Source of the DNA: Opitutales bacterium | GTDB lineage: Bacteria > Verrucomicrobiota > Verrucomicrobiia > Opitutales > UBA2987 | Direction: 5' to 3' | DNA length: 64,000 bases | Assembly: GCA_965226885.1 (NCBI GenBank) | Contig: CBDDEL010000017.1 | Coordinates: 640,001 to 704,000 of the forward strand | Translations under genes and position numbers: made by a program | Notes under the pieces: generated by a model | What the model saw: the letters and a program-made list of their open reading frames with translations, nothing else | What the model was told of the DNA's origin: nothing | The model's database searches: none | Shown: positions 1 to 9,657 of the stretch, piece by piece | Layout: each line of letters begins with the position of its first letter | Numbering within the stretch: the first letter of the stretch is position 1

Positions 1-517
1 CAATCTCATTAAAGCCACCAATCGTGGCCATAGCAAACTCCTCATTGCCTCCGGGGGTTGTGAAGATCCATTGAGGGGGGCTTTCGATTTGCCAATTCAC
101 CCCAGTAGTAAGTCCCGCGCTGTGCAGTCCAACCGAGGTATTGTGAGCCGTAGGTCCGCCGGACTGAGCGTATGCATCGAATGTCAGGACGCTCTTTTCT
201 GTGTCGCTGAGCGTGGCCGGCAGGTTATTGGAAACCCGGCCCAAAGAGGCGGGCTCGATTGGGATTCCTCTGGCATCAAAGGTACCATCGAGGACCTGGG
301 TAGGTAGTCCCGTGCCGTTGCGCACATTTATCGGTTCGGTGAGCGTGTCCGGATGAAACCACCCGCCCTGACCGGTGATATCCGTTCCCGCAGTGTAGCT
401 TTCAAAATTTTCAGAAAAGACAATAGCCGCTTCCGCGGTGAGCGATGTTGATAATATCGAACAGCTTAACAAACAGACGCATATACGCGCAACGGGATTC
501 CAGAAGCGATGGATCAT
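1..517 (-). CDS. Secreted/surface protein, N-terminal part (PEP-CTERM-protein-like N-terminus); runs off the window edge
   Basis: Not in the ORF track. Hand translation from ATG at 517 gives MIHRFWNPVARICVCLLSCSILSTSLTAEAAIVFSENFESYTAGTDITGQGGW..., a signal peptide (AEA/A) followed by an FxENFESY..GQGGW mature start. The C-terminus is outside the window. Confidence 0.6.
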   Translation of the reverse strand, partial: MIHRFWNPVARICVCLLSCSILSTSLTAEAAIVFSENFESYTAGTDITGQGGWFHPDTLTEPINVRNGTGLPTQVLDGTFDARGIPIEPASLGRVSNNLPATLSDTEKSVLTFDAYAQSGGPTAHNTSVGLHSAGLTTGVNWQIESPPQWIFTTPGGNEEFAMATIGGFNEI

Positions 518-520
518 GGT

Positions 521-886
521 TGATCGGACCCCATCTTTGCTACCACTTTAAGTGAGAGTCTTTCCGTAGGTTTGGTATTGTAGGTTTTGCAGCGGGTGGC
601 GGAATGAGGCCGTAGGCCGAATGGAGCCAGCCGCTGCTTTGTTGATTGTTCGCCAGAGTCTGGCAAATGTATTTGGGGAGAGAAAGCCTAATCGGCTGTG
701 GGGGTGTTTCGCGTTGTATTTGTGTCGCCATTGTTCGACCACCACACGCGCTTCGGTCACGCTCAGGAACAGTTCCTGATTAAGGGCATTCATCGCGCAA
801 ACGATTATGAAAGGATTCTATATGTCCATTCTGCCAAGGGCTTCCTGGATCAATGTATGCAATGGCAATTTCCTGCCGCTGCAGTT
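521..886 (-). pseudogene. IS3-family element remnant (OrfB C-terminus plus one terminal IR), frameshifted and truncated by the adjacent IS3
   Basis: Translates as YIDPGSPWQNGHIESFHNRLRDEC, then a 1-nt frameshift near 785, then LNQELFLSVTEARVVVEQWRHKYNAKHPHSRLG. A TG-starting end TGATCGGACCCC lies at 521. Confidence 0.8.
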
Positions 887-925
887 TGATGTGCACTGGA
901 AAAAGTGGACACGAGATTCTCCTAA

Positions 926-1237
926 ATGGAGAATCGAAGCATGGGAAGAAGACGCTTTAGTATAGAGTTCAAAAATGAGGCAGTTCAACTGATGATACTC
1001 GATGGTCTGAGCGCCACCGAGGTATCGACCAAACTTGGGGTCAACACCAACCAATTGTATAGGTGGAAGAGGCTCTATCTGGACGATCAGCAGGGCGAAG
1101 CCACCTCAAAGCGACAGAGCAGTCCGAAGGAGATGGCGGCCGAGATAGATCGTCTTCGCAAAGAGCTGCGCCGCTCGGAGCGGATCAACCAGATACTAAA
1201 AAAAACGGTGGGCTACTTTGCCAAGGACGAACAATGA
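926..1237 (+). CDS. IS3 transposase OrfA (HTH)
   Basis: RRRFSIEFKNEAV...LGVNTNQLYRW. An A8 run at 1198-1205 is a candidate -1 frameshift site. Confidence 0.9.
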   Translation: MENRSMGRRRFSIEFKNEAVQLMILDGLSATEVSTKLGVNTNQLYRWKRLYLDDQQGEATSKRQSSPKEMAAEIDRLRKELRRSERINQILKKTVGYFAKDEQ

Positions 1238-2151
1238 AGTACCAGTTTGTCAAAGACAACGAGGGGCGCTTCAAGATCGAGGAAATATGCTCGGCGATGG
1301 GGATTTGTCGCAGTGGCTATTACTGCTGGAGGCACCGAGCGCCCTCGGCCCGGCGGATCGAGGACGAGGGAATCAAGGGGGCGATCCTGAAGGTACACAA
1401 AGAGGCCAAGGGCCGCTATGGGCATCGGCCAATGCACCGCCATCTGAAGGATGATGAGGGCATCGATTGCGGCCGTGACCGGGCTCTGCGTCTGATGCGT
1501 GAAATGGGAATCAAAAGCACCCAGAGTAAACGCTTTAAGCCATTAAAAACCAACAGTAACCATCCCTATGGTTACAGCCCCAATGTGCTTAAAAAGCATG
1601 GCCAGCCGACCCATATCGACGAGGTCTGGGTGGCGGACACGACCTACCTACGGACCCTGGCCGGTTGGATGTACTTGGCCACGGTGATGGACCTGTTCAG
1701 CCGACGCCTGCTGGGCTGGAGCGTTTCCAACCACAACGACGCGAAGCTGGTTGGCAAGGCCCTCAAAGCCGCGGCCATGACCCGCGGCACACTGCGCACC
1801 GGGATTATTCATCACAGCGATCGGGGCAGCCCCTACGCCAGCGACGACTATCAGAGGCTGGTCTCTGAACTAGGCATGAAGCCGAGCATGAGCGCCCAAG
1901 GCAACTGCTACGACAACGCGGCCATGGAATCGTTCTACGGCCGCTTCAAGACCAGCACGATTCGAGGCCGCCACTTTGCCGACGAGCGCGAACTGCGATC
2001 AACTGTCTTCGAATACGTGGAAATCTTCTACAACCGATATCGCAAACATTCCTCTCTGAGTTACCAAAGCCCAGTCCAATTCGAGGAAAATATTTGCCCC
2101 CCATGGGGGGCAACGAGAAAACAAAACCCTTTACCAAAACAAGCCGCCTGA
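1234..2151 (+). CDS. IS3 transposase OrfB (rve integrase core)
   Basis: VWVADTTY, DLFSRR, HHSDRGSPY and GNCYDNAAMESF DDE motifs; ATGA overlap with the orfA stop. Confidence 0.92.
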   Translation: MKYQFVKDNEGRFKIEEICSAMGICRSGYYCWRHRAPSARRIEDEGIKGAILKVHKEAKGRYGHRPMHRHLKDDEGIDCGRDRALRLMREMGIKSTQSKRFKPLKTNSNHPYGYSPNVLKKHGQPTHIDEVWVADTTYLRTLAGWMYLATVMDLFSRRLLGWSVSNHNDAKLVGKALKAAAMTRGTLRTGIIHHSDRGSPYASDDYQRLVSELGMKPSMSAQGNCYDNAAMESFYGRFKTSTIRGRHFADERELRSTVFEYVEIFYNRYRKHSSLSYQSPVQFEENICPPWGATRKQNPLPKQAA

Positions 2152-2223
2152 CACACTAATCAATAAACAATGAATATAAGAGAATCCCGTGTCCAACAAA
2201 TCCAGTACACGTCAGCCTCTATC

Positions 2224-2688
2224 TAGTGTCACGTCAAGTTTCTAATGTCGGGTAAAGCCTTTTCAGTTTTATGCGGGCATCTTCGGTGCGAAACTGCCAG
2301 TTGACTTTGGCTTGCTGGTTATTGCGATGGTGCTGCCAGGATTGAACCTCCTTCTTAATCAGCGATATTTGCGCTATCCTTCGATTCAGGCATTGCCCCG
2401 TCAGCACATTCAATTCTATTTCCGCCATGTTCAGCCAGCTTCCATGTTTGGGTGTGTAGACGAATTCGAAACGATCCCACAACGCTTTGGCTTTCTTTGG
2501 CTCAAAGGTTTCATAGAGCGAGCCGGCTTGATGGGTGTTGAGGTTGTCCATCACCAAGGTGATCCGCCGGGCGCTGGCATACTCGGCGGCGAGTTCTTCT
2601 ATGAATAAAGCCCAGTCCCGTTTGGTTCTTCTTTCAGTGACTTTGGTCAGCCGCCGACCGGCCAAGGGTTCGCTGGCCATAAAAATAT
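2224..2688 (-). pseudogene. IS630-family element remnant (transposase C-terminus), 5' part lost at the IS1 boundary
   Basis: LVMDNLNTH and YTPKHGSWLNMAEIE motifs in ORF 2234-2680; the end tagtgtcacgtca follows the stop. Confidence 0.85.
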
Positions 2689-3490
2689 GGTAGTGTATTA
2701 AGTAGGAATGGTGGCTAATTCTTGATTATATTGATGAATGAAAAGTCTCAGACAGGTTTCATGCATACTCTTAAGCTTGGAAAAGGAGAGGGTTTTGCGT
2801 GTGAAACGACCCAGTCGTTGGCGCAGGGTATTGTTCCATCGTTCCACATGGGCCGTTTCACCGGTTTCTTTTCCCACGGATCGGTTATGAGGAAAGACTT
2901 CATCATAAGTGCTCCAAAAGTCGCTGTAGGTGGCACATCTTTTGTAGGCCCGTGGCAGACGCTCGTAAAGTTCCCGGCAACGATACCAATCCCGAGGCCC
3001 AATGGCATAGGAGAGGATTTGACGGGTGCGTCGGCAAAGAGCGATCCAAACCCATTGGGCATCGCTCTTGCGCCCCACAAAAGACCACAGTTCGTCCAGT
3101 TCAATGACATCATGGCGGCGGGCCGCAAGAATCGTGCTTTTGAGCGGTCGCAGCGATTGTCGTTTTTTTTAACCAACTCAAAACGGTGTTGGGACTCACC
3201 CCGAAGGCGCGCTGTAAACCGCGTAGACTGCTGCGTTCCTGATAGACTCGAAGGATCATTTCTTTTTGCTCTTCGGTGTATTTCACTGTGGGGTTTTCGC
3301 GGCTTTGTTTACCACAATCATGGCAGCGGTAGCGCTGTTTATGGTTGGGCGTCTTGCCAAATTTAATGATATTTTCACTTCCACAGTGCCGACAATTAAT
3401 AATTTTAGTAACCATGCACTAAGAATAAACTGCCTAACGCTATTTGTACAGCTAAAAATACAAAATAACATTCTTTTTTTATACACTACC
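2689..3490 (-). mobile_element. IS1-family element, copy 1 (802 bp; insA 3110-3415, insB frame ending at 2698)
   Basis: IRs ggtagtgtat; zinc-finger/HTH InsA (CRHC..CHDC); InsB with [16 protein letters not shown]8 slippery run between them; no TSD. Confidence 0.93.
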
Positions 3491-3679
3491 CAAAAGGGTG
3501 ATTTTTGCGAGGGCTTTTGATAGGCGCTCATTTTAGAGGTATTTGCATTTGGGAGAGTATCAACTTTGCTCGCCTATGACGTTAGGATACTGGTTTTGGG
3601 GTCCGGTTGCCTGGTATTCTTTGTATGAGCCGACAGTAAGGCTGTGAAAAAGTATTGTCCTTGCTTTTCCGCTCTCTAG

Positions 3680-5246
3680 CCCGGATATTTCATGAAGGGT
3701 AAAGTTTGGCTCGTTATTGCTATTGGAGATGGATTTCTTTGTATTTTGAGCAGATCGTCTTGATTTTTAGGTGTTTTTCAGGGTGTAGAGACACTGCCCC
3801 CTTTCCCCCATTGGTTCGGTAGTGCCGGGGGCAGCACCAATGCACCCTTTAGGTTGGCACCAATCGGCGGGCCGCATGGTTGAAAAGACTGGCCCAAGGA
3901 TAACTCTCACTTAGGTGAAAGTGAATCGTTCGGGTGTTGCGCACGATGACCGCTCCGATCTTGATTAATTTGAGCCGCAGGGTGTGGCATTGGGCCCGCG
4001 CCCACTTCGTCCCTTTTAAGGCTAACCGGCGCATGGCTTCCATCAAGGTGTAGGCCAGCGCCGACAAGAGCAATCGCCACTGATTGGCCCACCATTGATG
4101 GGCGCTGGTGCGCTCGCTGAACAATTGCATCTGTTCCTTGATTCGGTTCTCCATTTCACCGCGGCCACAGTATACCTTGTCGTAAAGCTCCTGGGGATCG
4201 CCCGGCAGGTTCGTCACCACGAAGCGCGGGTTGGACCCCTGTGCGGTGTGTTCGGCTTTATGGATGACCAACCGCAGCCATCGCCACGAATCGGCAGTAT
4301 AGACGAAGTCCTGGAATAACCGTTGTTTTTTACCCCTTAGTTCGAACCATTCTTTGGCCTGCTTTTGCAACTGCTGGGCGTCTTGCTGCAAGCGTGCATT
4401 GCGAGCCATCCCCACGATGTAACTAACTTCGTTGCGGTCGCACCAAGAGAGTATCCGGTCTCGACAAAATCCACTGTCGGCGCGCCAAATAATCCGCGTA
4501 CGGGGCCAGCTTTGGCGAATCCGTTTAACCAGCAATTTGAGGATGGCCCCGGCATGCTTGCTGGCATCGATCTTGCTCGGCCGCAGGTAGGCCACCAGCA
4601 GCTGATCACCGCAAAAAACATATAGCGGCAGAAAACAGTAATGATCATAATAACCGTGGAAAAAACGTCCCTCCTGGAGCCCGTGCACCGGATTGTCGGT
4701 GGCGTCAAAGTCCAGGATGATCTCTTCGGGTTCCTCGGCAAAGGAGCCCATGAACTGTTCGACCAACAGCTCGTTTACCGCAAAGGCCGCCCGCCGATCC
4801 TGCCCGTTTTCAAAACGACACAAAGTCGGCGCGCTGGCCAACGTTTCAATGCGCCCCGTTACCGTTTGCAACAATGGATCGTGGCGCAGGGTATCAAAGT
4901 CGTTCAAATCCTCATAGCCCGCCACCAGCCCGTAAACGCGCTGCCGCAGCATCCCCAATACCTCATGGCGTACTTTGCCCTTCTGCCGTTTGTCCACTAA
5001 CTGTCGGGCCGCTCGTTCGGTCAAGCCCAACTGCCGATCCACTTCCCGGATCAAAAGCAGTCCGGCATCCGAAGTAACCTCTCCGCCCTTGAAATCAACC
5101 CGCACACGGCGGCCTTTTACCCTTGTCAACTGTAGCTTTAATTGTTTACCTTTTGTCATCGCTGATATTGCTTTAATTATTGATCTATCCTGCTGTATAT
5201 CAGCAGTTAAGCATATCAACGATACTTTTTTTACGAAATATCCGGG
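3680..5246 (-). mobile_element. IS1380-family element, copy 1 (1567 bp)
   Basis: IRs cccggatatttc; CTAG duplicated at 3676-3679 and 5247-5250. Confidence 0.95.
3849..5159 (-). CDS. IS1380-family transposase
   Basis: FKGGEVTSDAG, LDFDATD, FFHGYYDHYCFLPL, RADSGF and RGEMENRIKE motifs. Start taken at MTKGK. Confidence 0.93.
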   Translation of the reverse strand: MTKGKQLKLQLTRVKGRRVRVDFKGGEVTSDAGLLLIREVDRQLGLTERAARQLVDKRQKGKVRHEVLGMLRQRVYGLVAGYEDLNDFDTLRHDPLLQTVTGRIETLASAPTLCRFENGQDRRAAFAVNELLVEQFMGSFAEEPEEIILDFDATDNPVHGLQEGRFFHGYYDHYCFLPLYVFCGDQLLVAYLRPSKIDASKHAGAILKLLVKRIRQSWPRTRIIWRADSGFCRDRILSWCDRNEVSYIVGMARNARLQQDAQQLQKQAKEWFELRGKKQRLFQDFVYTADSWRWLRLVIHKAEHTAQGSNPRFVVTNLPGDPQELYDKVYCGRGEMENRIKEQMQLFSERTSAHQWWANQWRLLLSALAYTLMEAMRRLALKGTKWARAQCHTLRLKLIKIGAVIVRNTRTIHFHLSESYPWASLFNHAARRLVPT

Positions 5247-6747
5247 CTAGGCCGCCGCTTTGGTTTTTAGTTCGTCTTGCTGGGCCAGCATCTTGGCTAC
5301 TTTCCATAGGTTGTGCGAGAGTACCGACCAGGCTACGCTGCTCGAGCGGTTGGCAAAGCCTTTGCTGCGCAACCGCCCGGCCTGCCAGCGATTCTTCAAT
5401 ACCCCGATCCGCCCTTCGGTGCTGGCCCGGCGCTTTTGCAATTGTCTGAACAGTGGTTCCTCCATCCGTTTTTTCAACTGCTTCGGATCGCGTGGACAGA
5501 GCGCGTCGTAGATTCCCTCCTGGGCTAACTGCCGGCGGGCCCGCTGGGAGGCAAATCCCCGGTCCGCGCACATGGCCGCTATGGGTTCTTCCAGGTTGAA
5601 GCGGTTCTGTCTTTGCAAACTCTCTTGCATTTGTTCATTTTCGCTTGGAGTTCGGCTGCCGTAGAGTTTCCAGTCCAGCAGGTACCCTTCAACGCTTTCT
5701 CCCAAAAACAGGGTGTTGCCGAACTCGACCTCTTGGCCCGCTTTACCTCGCACAATCACCTGCCCATCGAGTTCGTAAACACTCAAGACTTTCTCTGCGT
5801 TTCTCACCTGGCGGCCGCCAATGATCCGCTCGTGCGCCTGTTTGATGACCACCGGGATTTGCTCGCTCATGCGCTCCATCCGGGCGAGGATCTGTTGGAC
5901 CTGTTTTTCGCTGTAATCGCTTTGCTCCCAGCAGGCTTGCAATAATTCCCGGTGACTGCGGGCATGCTCCCCGATCCGTTTGAGCAGCTTTTTCATCTGC
6001 CTCAAGATACCCTTGCGCTGCCGCGCGCTGTCCTTTCGCCGCCGGCTGTGGGTCATCTGTATGCACAGCCGATTCATCTGCCGAGCCAAGGGCTCCGGTT
6101 CGATCGGCATGCGATGGCGCAAACCGGCCTTCTCGCGGATCAGCCGGATCGCTTTGAGCAACGTGCCGGCTACATCCTTGAGTAATACCCAGTCCGTCGG
6201 CCAATGAATGTTAGCCTCCACAATGAATGTTAGCCTCCAAACAGGTGCCGTCGATCAGGCAAATGGTGATGTCAATCGGCTTGTCCAATCCCACCTGCCG
6301 GGCCAGAAGGGCATCGCCCACCACCTCAGTCAAGGTCCGGTGCAAGGCCCTCAACTGCTCTTCGCTGAAAAACTTCGAGGCCCGCTCCAGGGTGCTTTTG
6401 GAGATGCCCCTGATGCCATCGATCTGCCGGACACGGCAAAAGTCGGCCAACAGATCGCTGCTGCCCAGAGCCCGCGACAAATGCCGAAACGAAATCCCTC
6501 CGAGCAGACGGCCCAGCGTATCCATGCGCAGTGCCTTGATGGCAAAACTGGCCCGCTGCCGCCGGGCCTTTAGACCCATTGGCGGCCACCCCTCCAAGGC
6601 CAGCTCAATGGCCTGCGATTCCACCTCCGAGTCGATCAGCAGCCGATCGATTCGATCAATGGTGGCGCGGAAGTTATCGTAATCGAGGCACCGGTCGACC
6701 ACAGTTAAAGCTGGACGCAGGAGGCATTGGATGGCTATATTTTTCAT
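5247..6747 (-). pseudogene. ISNCY-like DDE transposase (~493 aa restored), frameshifted by a 19-bp tandem duplication
   Basis: IDGTCLEANIH|WPTD, RGKAGQEVEFG, ADRGF and TEGRIGVLK motifs. caatgaatgttagcctcca occurs twice at 6202-6239 and joins ORFs 6211-6747 and 5247-6221. Confidence 0.85.
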
Positions 6748-7406
6748 AGAAAGGGCTATATTGATTTTCGCTAACTCAATTATAGAACCCTTTTTTGGCC
6801 GGATCGAGCAAAAACTTGCTCTTTCCGGCTCTTTTTATCAACGTCATCCAGTTGACTATAAAATCTTTATATTTTTGGGACAGCCTCTAGAATAGCTTGA
6901 ACTCCTCGAACGAGTATTTGGCTTGGTTATCGGCCATCTTTCTTCAGCGAACTATATGTAGGCGGCAAATACGCCGGGACAATTATGTACATTATCCTTT
7001 CGACCGATTTATTCAATAATATTCGTAATTCTTTGATAAACAACAGGTTCACAAGGTTATGCCTGAAAAGGAGCAAAATGATATGCGTCATTTTTGCCGC
7101 CTAATTGAAAACAATTACGGCGCCTATTAATTTATTTAGATGCGTACACGCATCATTTTATACAAGCAAAGTTCCCCAACACCACCCATTTGAGGCATCA
7201 ATGCTTGGCCAACTCCCTGCCAAGGCGGAAATTGAACGCGTCACTTTGGAAAAACAGTAATATTACCCCAAAAGTATAACCCGGCATGGATATATTGGGA
7301 CATGTCTTGACTTCTTTTGAAGACTTAAATTTGACCGAAGTTCTTCTTCTCCAAAGAGTTGACCGCTCGCGACAAATAATGATTTATTCTGAAATGGAGA
7401 CCGTTA

Positions 7407-7449
7407 CGTTTTAGAAAACCGATGCTCTATCTGACTGAGCTACTCCCGC
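7407..7449 (-). pseudogene. tRNA-Arg(TCT)-like 5' half (truncated tRNA)
   Basis: Reverse complement gcgggagtagctcagtcagatagagcatcggttttctaaaacg shows the acceptor 5' strand, D-arm gctc/gagc and anticodon loop tttctaa. No T-arm or CCA follows. Confidence 0.65.
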
Positions 7450-7517
7450 TTTCTTTACTAATACCCATACCACCCAAAAGTCCAAGAGCAATCAAAAATG
7501 CTGACCTTAATTTATAG

Positions 7518-8657
7518 CTAATACTGGTTCCAACTAAATAGGGTGGACTCTGCCAACCACGGCGGCGTTTCGGGGATTAGCCAAGTTATTAATCCGGCAA
7601 TTGAATAGTAACAGTTAAGCGGCGAAGCGGCGTATTGAACATCCCGATGATGGAAGAGTTTTTTAATCAAAATTGGTTTTCGTTGCCTGCTGCGCAGGTG
7701 GGTTCGCAGACTTCCCTGCAACTCAATTTGGCTGCGCGGGGCCGGCAGGTTCTTCAAGTTCGCTTTGACCGTGTTATTCAAATACTCATCGGGGTTCAAT
7801 TCGGGACTGTAAGATGGTAGATAAAAAATCTCGATCCTATCGCGGTGGGCTTCAATCCAACCGGTTACTTTTTTAGCATGATGCACTCTCAGATTGTCCA
7901 CAATGAGAAAGATTTTCCGTTTGGCTCCTTTGATTAACTGGCGCAGAAATTTGATAAACAGTTCCACATTCAAGGCTCCCTTGTAAACCATGAAACGCAG
8001 CTTTCCACGGTTGGTTATAGTCGAGATCATGCTCGTGCTAAAACGACGCGCACTGCGTTTGGCAACTGGCGTTTTACCGCGCGGAGCATAACCTCTTCCC
8101 CGATGATCTTCGCTACTGATGCCGGTTTCATCTCCCCAGTGGATTTGGGCCTGTTGCGCTTTGGCTCTGGCTTCGATGGCCGGGTAAGTTTGATCAAGCC
8201 ACTTCTTAATCGCCTCAGGCTGCTGCTCATAGGCTTGTCTTCGAGGTTTTTGTGGAGTGAAACCCCAACGGCGAAGATACTCGCCCACCGTGCGGATCGG
8301 CATCTTCAAAGCAAACTGCCTTTCAATCAACTCTTGCACCGCTTGGCGCGTCCACAGGGCAAAGGGCATCTTAAGCTGGTCGGGTCTCTTATCGGTAATC
8401 ATTCGGCACACCATGCGCTCTTGTTGGGAGCTCAATCTTCGACATTGGCCCTGCCGACGGCCCCGTTGTCCAAGCCGCAGGGCTTTTGGCCCTCCATTTC
8501 GGTAAAGGGCCCACCATTTGCGCACAGCGCTGATCGATACCTTTAAAACCACGGAAACCTCTTCATAAGTGCAACCCTCTCTTTTCAGATCCACCGCCCG
8601 ACACCTCAGCTCATATATAGTCTCTTCGCTTAGTGAACGCGCATCATTCCTATTCAT
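7518..8657 (-). CDS. IS630 transposase; native stop lost so the ORF reads out through the IR
   Basis: WGDETG, VDNLRVHH and YLPSYSPELNPDE motifs. An 8-bp duplication aagcggcg at 7617-7632 converts TAC GCC GCT TAA into read-through. Confidence 0.88.
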   Translation of the reverse strand: MNRNDARSLSEETIYELRCRAVDLKREGCTYEEVSVVLKVSISAVRKWWALYRNGGPKALRLGQRGRRQGQCRRLSSQQERMVCRMITDKRPDQLKMPFALWTRQAVQELIERQFALKMPIRTVGEYLRRWGFTPQKPRRQAYEQQPEAIKKWLDQTYPAIEARAKAQQAQIHWGDETGISSEDHRGRGYAPRGKTPVAKRSARRFSTSMISTITNRGKLRFMVYKGALNVELFIKFLRQLIKGAKRKIFLIVDNLRVHHAKKVTGWIEAHRDRIEIFYLPSYSPELNPDEYLNNTVKANLKNLPAPRSQIELQGSLRTHLRSRQRKPILIKKLFHHRDVQYAASPLNCYYSIAGLITWLIPETPPWLAESTLFSWNQY

Positions 8658-8710
8658 GAACCTACTTTAGCATAAGTTATTGATATGTCACTATTTATTT
8701 GCCGGATTAA
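7589..8710 (-). mobile_element. IS630-family element
   Basis: IRs ttaatccggcaa..aatagt.aca, with TA on both flanks (7587-7588, 8711-8712). Confidence 0.9.
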
Positions 8711-8862
8711 TAGTGGGTTTCTTTTATTAGCCTTTTGAACCTTATAGACCAACAAGAACTACATGAACTTAACGGACTGTTGATGTAAGTATGTTGTAAC
8801 TTTGAAGGATTTGCAAAGTAGAAAAATTAACTATATTACTTATAATCAATTATTTATAAAAT

Positions 8863-8936
8863 TGGTGCGGGCGGGGGGAATCGAACCCCCACTTCAAGCT
8901 TGGGAAGCTCACGTTCTACCACTAAACCACGCCCGC
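8863..8936 (-). tRNA. tRNA-Gly(CCC)
   Basis: gcgggcg...ttCCCaa...ggttcgattc...cgcccgcacca forms a complete cloverleaf with encoded CCA. Confidence 0.96.
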
Positions 8937-9060
8937 GTTGGTTGATGCGAAAAAGCTCCGGTCGAATATTCGCATTTATAATCAAAAAAAATTTGGCTGC
9001 AGTTTGGCAACTACAAAATGCTTTGGCCCTCGTCTTCTCTTTACAATGTTAATAATATTC

Positions 9061-9657
9061 TCAATGAAAGTCCCGGCGCCCGTCGAGGGCGCTTTTCAGG
9101 GTGACCGAATCGGCATAGACGATGCCGCCTCCACTGGGCAGGCCGAACCCGATGCGAGATACTTTGACGGGGTGGTCCCCAATAATGGTTTCCTGAATGT
9201 AATGACAGGTAGCCTCACCCTCGATATCGTTGGAGAGTGCCAGGATGATTTCGGCAACCTCTCCTTGGGCCAATCGCCGACCGAGTTTTTCCAGATTGAG
9301 GTCGTCCGGCCCGATTTTTTGAAGGGGAGCCAACTTTCCATGTAAAACATGATAGAGGCCGTGGTAGGCTCCCGACCGTTCGATGGCGGCCAGGTCAGGC
9401 ACTTGCTCGACGACACAGATTACATCCTGCAATCGCTTTGGGTGAATGCAGATGGGGCAAAGTTCTTCTTCGCAAAGGTTTCCGCACTGTTCGCAACTTT
9501 GGATTTTTCCGGCCGCTTCTTCCAGAGCATTTGCCAACTCCGGCAGCAGGGATGGTTTTTCCACTGTGAGGTGCAGGGCTATCTTTTCCGCCGACCGGTA
9601 ACCAAGCCCCGGCAGTTTCTTGAGTACTTTTTGCAGTTTTTCAAAGGAAGGTGTCAT
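9061..9657 (-). CDS. recR: Recombination mediator RecR
   Basis: LPGLGYRSAEKIA HhH, C4 zinc finger, Toprim ICVVE..DL, EGEAT and ending LDGRR. Confidence 0.95.
   Translation of the reverse strand: MTPSFEKLQKVLKKLPGLGYRSAEKIALHLTVEKPSLLPELANALEEAAGKIQSCEQCGNLCEEELCPICIHPKRLQDVICVVEQVPDLAAIERSGAYHGLYHVLHGKLAPLQKIGPDDLNLEKLGRRLAQGEVAEIILALSNDIEGEATCHYIQETIIGDHPVKVSRIGFGLPSGGGIVYADSVTLKSALDGRRDFH

Larger units (their letters stand above)
887..2214 (+). mobile_element. IS3-family element, copy 1 (1328 bp)
   Basis: IRs tgatgtgcactggaaaaagtggacac / tgacgtgtactggatttgttggacac; same element as 18709-20036; no target duplication at this copy. Confidence 0.95.
3639..6887 (-). mobile_element. ISNCY-like element carrying the IS1380 copy 1 insertion; ends approximate
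   Basis: Short IR-like ends aggctgt (about 3639) and acagcct (about 6880-6886) flank the transposase pseudogene at 5247-6747. Confidence 0.55.

Noticed and set aside
3491..3531. MSAYQKPSQKSPFW as the start of an integrase cut by IS1
   Set aside because: Only 13-14 codons, and the resemblance is too weak.
6887..6937. Short minus-strand ORF MADNQAKYSFEEFKLF ending at the ISNCY boundary
   Set aside because: It could be a truncated gene start, but 16 codons with no continuation on the other side of the IS is too little to call.
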